A DNA stretch of 64,000 bases from Flavobacteriales bacterium (GTDB lineage Bacteria > Bacteroidota > Bacteroidia > Flavobacteriales_F > PHOS-HE28): positions 6,280 to 70,279 of the forward strand of contig JADJKO010000010.1 in NCBI GenBank assembly GCA_016705955.1, read 5' to 3'. Shown piece after piece: positions 56,823 to 64,000 of the stretch (the first letter of the stretch is position 1; every line of letters begins with the position of its first letter). The translations under genes and the position numbers were made by a program. The notes under the pieces were generated by a model, which was given only the letters and a program-made list of their open reading frames with translations, was not told the origin of the DNA and ran no database searches.

Positions 56823-59516
56823 TCAATCCGCCAATGTCCGCTTCACCTCTTCCACGATGAAGGCCTCGACGTTGTCGCCGACCTTGATGTCGTTGAAGTT
56901 CTTGATGGAGAGGCCGCACTCGTAACCGTGTGTCACTTCCTTCACCTCGTCCTTGAAACGCTTCAGCGTGTCGAGGTCGCCGGTGTACACCACGATGCCG
57001 TCGCGGATCAGGCGCACCTTGTTCTTGCGGTCGATCTTGCCATCGAGCACGTAGGCCCCGGCCACGGTACCCACCTTGCTGATCTTGAAGGTCTCGCGTA
57101 CCTCAGCGGTACCCATGATCTTCTCCACCTCCTTGGGCGCGAGCAGGCCTTCCATGGCCTGCTTGATCTCCTCGATGGCGTTGTAGATGATGGAGTACAT
57201 CCGGATGTCGATCTCCTCGTTCTCGGCCAGCTTGCGCGCACCGGGTGTGGGGCGCACTTGGAAACCGACGATGATGGCGTTGGATGCGGTGGCGAGCAAT
57301 ACATCGCTCTCGGCGATCGGACCCACCGCGCGGTGGATCACGTTCACCTTGATGCTCTCGGTGCTGAGCTTCAACAACGAATCGGTGAGCGCTTCCACGG
57401 AACCGTCCACATCGCCCTTGACAATGAGGTTGAGTTCCTTGAAGTCGCCGATCGCCAAACGACGACCGATCTCATCCAACGTGATGTGCTTGTGTGTGCG
57501 GATGCCCTGCTCGCGCTGCAACTGCTGGCGACGCGTGGCGATGGTCCGCGCTTCACGTTCATCCTCGAAGACCTGGAAGGTGTCGCCCGCATTCGGGGCA
57601 CCATCGAGACCGAGGATCGAAACGGGTGTGGAAGGCGGTGCCTCGCTCACTTGCTGTCCGCGCTCGTTGAACATGTTCCGCACACGTCCACTGAACTGGC
57701 CGGAAAGAATGATGTCGCCTTTGCGCAAGGTGCCGGCATCCACGAGTAGTGTGGTGACATAACCACGACCCTGCTCCAAGGTGCTCTCCACGACCACACC
57801 GTGCGCGCGCTTGCCGGGATCGGCCTTGAGGTCGAGCAGTTCGGCTTCAAGCAACACCTTCTCCAGGAGTTGCTCCACACCGGTGCCCTTCTTCGCGCTG
57901 ATCTCCTGCGTCTGGAACTTGCCGCCCCACTCCTCCACGAGGATGTTCATGCGGGACAGTTCGTCGCGGATCTTCTCGGGATCCGCCCCTGCCTTATCGA
58001 TCTTGTTGAAGGCGAAGACCATGGGCACATTCGCCGCTTGCGCGTGGTTGATGGCCTCGCGCGTCTGCGGCATCACGCTGTCATCCGCCGAGATCACGAT
58101 GATCGCGATGTCGGTGATCTGCGCACCACGTGCACGCATGGCGGTGAAGGCTTCGTGACCGGGTGTATCGAGGAAGGTGATCTGCTTGCCGTTCGGCAGC
58201 GTCACGCCGTAGGCACCGATGTGCTGGGTGATGCCACCGGCTTCACCGGCCACCACGTTGGCGCTGCGCACGTAATCAAGCAAGGAGGTCTTACCGTGGT
58301 CCACGTGACCCATGACGGTGACGATGGGCGGGCGGGAGATCACGCGTTCCGGATCGTCCTCATCCTGCGTCACGTTCTCCTGCACATCCGCACCGACGAA
58401 CTCCACTTTGAAGCCGTATTCCTCAGCGATCACCGCGAGCGTTTCCGCATCGAGGCGTTGGTTGATGCTCACCATCATGCCCAGCGCGAAGCAGGCCTTG
58501 ATGATGTCGGTGACAGGCACGCTCATCATGCTCGCCAACTCGGCGGCGGTCACGAATTCGGTGACCTTCAATGTTTGTCCGGCGAGTTCGCGTGCGGCTT
58601 GCTCCTCCTCCATGCGCTGGTAGCGCTGGTCGCGTTTGTCGCGGCGGATGCGGGAGCCCTTGCTCTTGCCGGTACTGGTGAGGCGAGCGAGTGTTTCGCT
58701 CACCTTCTTCTTCACCGCGTTCTCATCCAACTCGCCCGGACGACCGGTCGGTGTGACGCGCTTCTCCTGCTGAACGGCACGGTCCACATTCACCGGACCG
58801 GGTTTTACGATCCGCTTGCGCTTGCCGCGTTCGCTGGAGTCGCCACGATCGGTGGGTTTGCGTTCGCGTACAGCAGGCAATTCGATCTTGCCGATCGACT
58901 TCACACCAGTGAGCTTCGCCACGTTCACGCGGATGGTCTCCGGCTCGGTAGGTACTTCCGGCACTGCGGGTGCTTTCACTTCCGCAGGTGCTGGTGCTGC
59001 TGCCTCCGCCTTCTCTTCCTCCGCTTTCTTGGCGGCCTTCGTTGCTTTCTTCTTGGGCGCGTCGAGGTCGATCTTACCGACGGTCTTGGGACCGACGGTC
59101 TTCTCGGCCTTCGCCTTGATAAGTTCCGGCTCGATCGGTGCCGGTGTTGCTGGTGCTACTGGAGCGGGTGCCGGGGTAAGCGGCACCACCTCGGTGGGCT
59201 GCACGTTGTGGATGATCACCTCCGCCTCATCCTTCACCTTGGCGCGGATCTCCGCTTTGCTTGGCGTGGAGGCGAGCGTGATGGTCTCGCGCTCTTGGCG
59301 CATGGCCACCACTTGCTGGCTCTTCTCCTTGATCTCCTTGTCCTTGCCGAATTCCTCCAGCAGGAGATCGTACATCCCTCCGTCGATCTTCGAGTTCGGG
59401 TTGCTGTCCACCTCGTGGCCCTTGCCTTCGAGGAATTCCACGACGGTCCTCACGGCCAAGTTGAATTCCTTGGCCACCTTGCTCAATCGTATGCTCTTTT
59501 CCGTCGCTTCGCTCAT
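56823..59516 (-). CDS. infB: Translation initiation factor IF-2
   Basis: 897 aa; GTPase motifs [22 protein letters not shown] and NKID; full-length IF-2 alignment including the Ala/Lys-rich N-terminal region. Confidence 0.95.
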   Translation of the reverse strand: MSEATEKSIRLSKVAKEFNLAVRTVVEFLEGKGHEVDSNPNSKIDGGMYDLLLEEFGKDKEIKEKSQQVVAMRQERETITLASTPSKAEIRAKVKDEAEVIIHNVQPTEVVPLTPAPAPVAPATPAPIEPELIKAKAEKTVGPKTVGKIDLDAPKKKATKAAKKAEEEKAEAAAPAPAEVKAPAVPEVPTEPETIRVNVAKLTGVKSIGKIELPAVRERKPTDRGDSSERGKRKRIVKPGPVNVDRAVQQEKRVTPTGRPGELDENAVKKKVSETLARLTSTGKSKGSRIRRDKRDQRYQRMEEEQAARELAGQTLKVTEFVTAAELASMMSVPVTDIIKACFALGMMVSINQRLDAETLAVIAEEYGFKVEFVGADVQENVTQDEDDPERVISRPPIVTVMGHVDHGKTSLLDYVRSANVVAGEAGGITQHIGAYGVTLPNGKQITFLDTPGHEAFTAMRARGAQITDIAIIVISADDSVMPQTREAINHAQAANVPMVFAFNKIDKAGADPEKIRDELSRMNILVEEWGGKFQTQEISAKKGTGVEQLLEKVLLEAELLDLKADPGKRAHGVVVESTLEQGRGYVTTLLVDAGTLRKGDIILSGQFSGRVRNMFNERGQQVSEAPPSTPVSILGLDGAPNAGDTFQVFEDEREARTIATRRQQLQREQGIRTHKHITLDEIGRRLAIGDFKELNLIVKGDVDGSVEALTDSLLKLSTESIKVNVIHRAVGPIAESDVLLATASNAIIVGFQVRPTPGARKLAENEEIDIRMYSIIYNAIEEIKQAMEGLLAPKEVEKIMGTAEVRETFKISKVGTVAGAYVLDGKIDRKNKVRLIRDGIVVYTGDLDTLKRFKDEVKEVTHGYECGLSIKNFNDIKVGDNVEAFIVEEVKRTLAD

Positions 59517-59557
59517 GCGGTGGGTTGTTCGGCTTTCTTCTTTGTTCTTCTCGTTCG

Positions 59558-59610
59558 TCCGCCGTCACGGGCGGTTTTCATCCGCCGTCACGGGCGGACG
59601 ATCGTCCGCC
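59558..59610. repeat. Tandem hairpins in the nusA-infB intergenic region
   Basis: Two copies of tccgccgtcacgggcgg (59558-59574, 59581-59597; 5-bp stem ccgcc/ggcgg) followed by the 18-nt perfect palindrome ggcggacgatcgtccgcc (59593-59610). Confidence 0.6.
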
Positions 59611-59611
59611 C

Positions 59612-60850
59612 CTACGCCTCCAATTCGGTCTTCAGGATCCGCAACACTTCGTTGATCGTCTCCTCCTCCAGGTCGGTGCGCTTCGCCAATTCATCGGCCG
59701 GGATGTCCATCACGCTGCGTGCGGTATCACACCCGATCGCCTTCAATTCGTCAATGATCCACTGATCGATCTCGTCCGCGAAATCGTCCAAGCTCACGTC
59801 GTCGCTCACTTCATCGGTATCGCGATACACATCGATGTCGAAGCCCGTGAGGCGACCCGCCAACTTGATGTTGTGGCCGCCTTTCCCGATAGCGAGTGCC
59901 ACCTGGTCCGGCTTCATGTACACCTCGGCGCGTTTGTTCACCTGATCCAACTTGATGTCGCCCACTTTCGCCGGACTCAACGCACGTTGGATGAGCAGGA
60001 CCTCGTTCGTGGTGAAGTTGATCACGTCGATGTTCTCGTTGCGCAACTCGCGCACAATGCCATGGATGCGGCTTCCCTTCATGCCCACGCACGCGCCCAC
60101 TGGATCGATGCGGTCATCGTAGCTCTCCACGGCGACCTTGGCACGTTCGCCGGGTTCGCGCACGATGCGTTTGATGGTGATGAGGCCGTCGGCCACTTCG
60201 GGTACTTCCTGCTCGAACAGCTTCGCGAGGAACTCCGGTGCCGTGCGGCTCAGGATCACCTTGGGGCTGTTGTTGATCATCTCCACCTTCCACACCACGG
60301 CGCGCACGGTGTCGCCCTTCTTGAAGAAGTCGATCTTGATCTGCTGGTCCTTGGGCATGATCAGCTCATTGCCCTCGTCATCGAGGATCAGCGTTTCGCG
60401 CTTCCACACCTGGTACACTTCACCGGTGATGATCTCGCCCACGCGCTCTTTGTACTTGTTGTACAAGTGGTCCTTCTCCAGCTCCATGATCCGGCTCTGG
60501 AGGTTCTGCTTGAGGGAAAGGATGTTGCGGCGACCGAAGTCCTCGATCTTCACTTCCTGGCTCACCTCCTCGCCCACTTCGAAGTCGGGTTCGATCTTCC
60601 GCGCTTCGGTGAGTTCGATGTCGAGGTTATCGTCCTCGCTGAAGCCGTCCTCCACGATCACGCGGTTCAGCCACACCTCCAGGTCGCCCTTATCGGGGTT
60701 GATGATGATGTCCACCTTGGCCTCTTCGCCAAAGCGCTTCAGTACCACACCGCGGAAGACATCCTCCAGGATGCCCATCATGGTGACGCGATCGATGTTC
60801 TTGATGTCCTTGAAATCGCCGAAGGACTCGATGAGGTTCACAGTGGCCAT
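59612..60850 (-). CDS. nusA: Transcription termination/antitermination factor NusA
   Basis: 412 aa; N-terminal domain, S1 and two KH domains (…GEIITGEVYQV…, KVAVESYDDRIDPVGACVGMKGSRI). Confidence 0.95.
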   Translation of the reverse strand: MATVNLIESFGDFKDIKNIDRVTMMGILEDVFRGVVLKRFGEEAKVDIIINPDKGDLEVWLNRVIVEDGFSEDDNLDIELTEARKIEPDFEVGEEVSQEVKIEDFGRRNILSLKQNLQSRIMELEKDHLYNKYKERVGEIITGEVYQVWKRETLILDDEGNELIMPKDQQIKIDFFKKGDTVRAVVWKVEMINNSPKVILSRTAPEFLAKLFEQEVPEVADGLITIKRIVREPGERAKVAVESYDDRIDPVGACVGMKGSRIHGIVRELRNENIDVINFTTNEVLLIQRALSPAKVGDIKLDQVNKRAEVYMKPDQVALAIGKGGHNIKLAGRLTGFDIDVYRDTDEVSDDVSLDDFADEIDQWIIDELKAIGCDTARSVMDIPADELAKRTDLEEETINEVLRILKTELEA

Positions 60851-60857
60851 GTGCCGA

Positions 60858-61322
60858 TCAATTGAACGTGATTGTTGACTGGGTTGACTTGATATCCGAA
60901 CGCGGGATCACCGTGATCTCCTCGTCCAATTTGGGTAAGCGGCCCTTCACCTTGCTGGGGTGTTGGATCCGCAAACCGATGTTGCTTTCGTTGGCGCTGG
61001 CGAGCTGCCCACGCAGATTGCGGCCATCGGTGAGCAGCACGTCCACAATGCGGTCCAGGTGTTTCTGGTACTGGCGCATCACCTTGAACGGGCGGCCCAT
61101 GCCGGGGCTACTGAATTGCATTTCGAAGTTGTCCGCCTCGTCGCCGAGCTCATCGCGCACGGCGCGGTTCAGGTCGGCGAGCTCCTGCAAGGTGATGGCG
61201 CGGTCGTTATCCACCTCCACCACCAGCTTGTTGCCGGGGCGCAATTCCACCGCCACGAGGAAGTGCGTGGTACCCTCCAAGTGGTGTTGAACGATGTGTT
61301 TCACGTGTTCCGCAGTGATCAT
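60858..61322 (-). CDS. rimP: Ribosome maturation factor RimP
   Basis: 154-aa product from an internal ATG (MITAEHVKHIVQHHLEGTTHFLVAVEL…), DUF150/RimP pattern; immediately upstream of nusA as in the conserved rimP-nusA-infB operon. Confidence 0.85.
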   Translation of the reverse strand: MITAEHVKHIVQHHLEGTTHFLVAVELRPGNKLVVEVDNDRAITLQELADLNRAVRDELGDEADNFEMQFSSPGMGRPFKVMRQYQKHLDRIVDVLLTDGRNLRGQLASANESNIGLRIQHPSKVKGRLPKLDEEITVIPRSDIKSTQSTITFN

Positions 61323-61351
61323 AACCTCCTTGTCCCTCAATGTGGTGGAAC

Positions 61352-61374
61352 AAAAAAGAGGGGCGGTCCCCTCT
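61352..61374 (-). terminator. Rho-independent terminator-like hairpin in the rimP leader (minus strand)
   Basis: Minus-strand reading: agagggg-accg-cccctct followed by TTTTTT (the run of A at 61352-61357 on the + strand), 30 nt upstream of the rimP start codon. Confidence 0.5.
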
Positions 61375-61827
61375 TCCTCATCCGCCGACTTTCGCGGGCA
61401 AATGTAGGGTTTGAGGATGAATGACGAGCGCATGAAGGCGAAGTGCGCAACTGATATGACCGCGTGCGGCGAGGATGGGGCGCGGCCTACTGGACGATCA
61501 AGCGCTCGGTGGTGACGCACTCGGCACCATCCCATACCTCCAACATATATACACCGCTGTGCGCGAAAGAGAGTGTGGTGTAGTGGCCGGTGATTCCTTG
61601 TCGACAAGCCTCACTACTCAATGCGTCGCACATAACAAGTCGCCCATCCAATGGCACTTATTTCAAGTTCACCGGGCTGCTCGTCGGGTTCGGGGCACGC
61701 CACGGAGGTGTGGGAGAAAATCCTGCGTGGTCGATTGCTTGGAGGAATACTGAATCTTGTGTGGTTGAATGCGGTTCGTTCCCTTTGTGCAACGTGCCAC
61801 TTGATTAACGGACTGGCGGCGATTTCA

Positions 61828-63663
61828 ATGACAGTATCAATTGACAAGTACAATGGTGAGCTCGCTTGGCTGACCAAGGTGGATGTGATCGCCCCGCTAG
61901 CGAAGTCCCGCTACAAATGGCCCATTCACTATGCTTCGGCTTATGCGGCAGCGGCTAGGGATGCGATAAAGGAGAACCGAGCTGAAGAAGGAATCGTGTA
62001 TCGATTCATGCAGGGAGTGTTCGAGATCTACCCCAAGTTCGAGCGCAAGAGCGAGCCATATGAACGTCACGGTGGTATGGGCTGGTTGCCTCGCGATTTC
62101 ACCGAGAAGGATATCGAGGTAATTCGAGCGCTGATACCCCGAACCGATGATGCTGCCTATCAAGCCCACTTGCTGGACCTCCTTTTCGAGAGCCGAGCTA
62201 AGGACGGGCGAGCCGCTGCGCAGGCAGCACCACTATTTCTTGAAGTGGGAATCGGCCTATCCAGCACCAATGAGTCCTACCGAATGGACGACGCTTTCAG
62301 AAGGGCGATCCAACTAGCCCGACGATCCGGATGGCGGAACGAACTCGGTGGACGAATACGCACAGGAATAATCGACCATGTGCAGGAGCTTTCTAGAGAA
62401 CCGTACGACTTCGCACTTTTCATCGGCCTCGAGGTGGTGCATGAGGCAGACCTAGGTGAAGCAGCAGCATGGTGTGAAATCGCCAAGGCCGCGGGGCAGT
62501 ACCACGCGAATATTGGAGACGAGGATAACGTTCAGCGCTTTTTCTCGCTAGTGGGGCGATTCTCTCAGAAATTGAACGATGCCGATACCGAACACGAGGC
62601 GCATCGCCAGGTTGGGGAGTCATACGTTAGACAAGGACAGAAGAGCACTGAGGGGAAAAGCAGCAGTTATCTGGCCGCTGAGATGTTCATCAAGAAAGGC
62701 ATCACAGCATTGCAGCGAGGCAAGGCATCTAGGGAACGAATCGCCCAGGTTCAGGGTATGCTGAGAGAATTCCAAGGCAGGATCCCGGACGAATTGGGAC
62801 TGGTGCGCGAAAGTGTGGACGTCGGTGATCTAATCAAGGAAAAAGTGGAAGCCGTCAAGGGCAAGGGGCATCTGGACGTTTTGAAGGTCATGCTATTCGG
62901 CTTCCCCCTAGTTGACCCGGATAAGATCCGAACGGAAGTGCTGGACGAAGTGCGGGAGCATCCTTTCCTGCACTTGTTCCAGACTAGCATTCTTGATGCT
63001 GATGGCAGGACAAGAGAAATACACAAAGGCATTCTCGACCTCCAGGGCGACGAATTGGAGGAGGAGCTAAAGAAGCGGATGCTTCATCGTGCGCAGCACC
63101 ACTGGAAATGGAGAGGCCAGACGCACATCCTGCCAATCTGGGAACGGTTACGTGAGGACCACACGATTAGGCAGGAAGACCTGAGGTGGCTGGTCACGCA
63201 CAATCCTTGGATCCCCGGCGGGCACGAGGGGATAGTTCTGCGCGGACTTCAGGCTGGTTTTGATGGGGATTTCCTGGTTGCCGGTCACCTGCTCACCCTT
63301 CAATTCGAGGCGTGCGTTCGGCACGTCCTCGTGAACGCCGGTGCACATGTTTCTCTACTGGAAAAAGACGGGACTGAATTGCTGAAGACTTGGGGCGGTT
63401 TGATGTCGCTACCAATGGCCGCGCAGCTCTTTGGTCCCGAGTTAGTCTTCGAAATGTCCGGTTTGCTGTTCGAGGAATCGGGATATGGCGTACGACACAA
63501 GGTCGCCCATGGAATGCTGAAGGCTGATGAGTTCGACAACTACGCGACCCTCAACATCTGGTGGCTGATGCTATATATGTGCTTCATACAGGTGGCTTCT
63601 AGGTCCGACGCAGCCAAGGTTGGCGGACCCGAAAGACGACCACCAGAGGCGTCGAGTCAATAA
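61828..63663 (+). CDS. Large uncharacterised protein with a C-terminal Rx4HG (HEPN-like) motif
   Basis: About 611 aa from an internal ATG of ORF 61651..63663; no family recognised by eye; C-terminal GYGVRHKVAHGMLKADEFDN carries R-x4-H; local GC looks lower than the window average. Confidence 0.6.
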   Translation: MTVSIDKYNGELAWLTKVDVIAPLAKSRYKWPIHYASAYAAAARDAIKENRAEEGIVYRFMQGVFEIYPKFERKSEPYERHGGMGWLPRDFTEKDIEVIRALIPRTDDAAYQAHLLDLLFESRAKDGRAAAQAAPLFLEVGIGLSSTNESYRMDDAFRRAIQLARRSGWRNELGGRIRTGIIDHVQELSREPYDFALFIGLEVVHEADLGEAAAWCEIAKAAGQYHANIGDEDNVQRFFSLVGRFSQKLNDADTEHEAHRQVGESYVRQGQKSTEGKSSSYLAAEMFIKKGITALQRGKASRERIAQVQGMLREFQGRIPDELGLVRESVDVGDLIKEKVEAVKGKGHLDVLKVMLFGFPLVDPDKIRTEVLDEVREHPFLHLFQTSILDADGRTREIHKGILDLQGDELEEELKKRMLHRAQHHWKWRGQTHILPIWERLREDHTIRQEDLRWLVTHNPWIPGGHEGIVLRGLQAGFDGDFLVAGHLLTLQFEACVRHVLVNAGAHVSLLEKDGTELLKTWGGLMSLPMAAQLFGPELVFEMSGLLFEESGYGVRHKVAHGMLKADEFDNYATLNIWWLMLYMCFIQVASRSDAAKVGGPERRPPEASSQ

Positions 63664-64000
63664 CGCGAAGCCCCCCTAACTCCAGCGGATTAGACCAAGG
63701 CAGGGTATCCTTCGCGGCGTGAGCCGCCACCCCAGACCTCCGCAGTTGCTCTAGTCTTGCCCATCGATGAGGATTCGTTCCTTGTCTGGGATAGATCACT
63801 GAAGAGAACTGAGCCGGGCCAGGGGTGAACCAACTCCGCAGCTAGGGCACAAGCCCTAAGAGACTTATGGGTACCTCTGGCCTTCTCAGGTCCTAGGCTC
63901 GGATAGAATTTCAGGCGTAAGGGCCTATTAGAGTCATGGAGCATCGGACCTGTCATTCAGCCTCTCCAGCGATCGTGTGTTGAACCAAAAGTAAACGAAC

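Noticed and set aside
57801-59765. 654-aa plus-strand ORF antisense to infB
   Set aside because: Completely overlaps infB; Arg/His/Gly-rich nonsense composition.
63664-64000. Possible tRNA/tmRNA or other structured RNA in the lower-GC tail of the window
   Set aside because: No T-loop (GGTTCGAATCC-like) or acceptor-stem/CCA arrangement was found on either strand by eye; left unannotated.
1-64000. Scan for CRISPR arrays, rRNA genes and sigma-54 (TGGCAC-N5-TTGC) promoters
   Set aside because: No regularly spaced direct repeats, no rRNA-like stretches and no convincing -24/-12 element were seen; only isolated TGGCAC hexamers without a properly spaced TTGC.

Overview
High-GC (~60-63%) Bacteroidota-type chromosomal segment with dense coding on both strands. 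Housekeeping content: an ABC transporter pair, Ppx/GppA, a sigma-54 activator, sulfate activation genes cysC-cysD-cysN, ruvA-sprA-gcvH (sprA is the ~2400-aa T9SS/gliding protein), ruvB, queG, a complete alternative complex III (actABCDEF) joined to caa3-type cytochrome oxidase (ctaC/ctaD), and rimP-nusA-infB. Embedded at ~9.8-21.4 kb is an accessory island packed with toxin-antitoxin and defence-type modules: MntA/HepT, RelE/ParE pairs, an ImmA/IrrE-DUF4411 cassette bracketed by 82-bp direct repeats, a VapB-like antitoxin with a truncated PIN toxin, and frameshifted DUF2200 and RelE genes. A second module at 36.6-41.2 kb encodes extracytoplasmic thioredoxin-fold proteins (two with T9SS C-terminal sorting domains, TlpA, an Omp28-related CxxC lipoprotein and a beta-barrel). 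The window ends in a slightly lower-GC stretch carrying a 611-aa uncharacterised protein with a C-terminal Rx4HG (HEPN-like) motif, which is the best candidate for an undescribed defence function. A family of near-palindromic intra-operon hairpins and several other conserved hairpins or repeats were found. Four apparent frameshifts (actA, sir2-like, DUF2200, relE) sit at short homopolymer or near-homopolymer tracts and may be sequencing errors rather than true pseudogenes. No rRNA, tRNA or CRISPR array was detected by eye.
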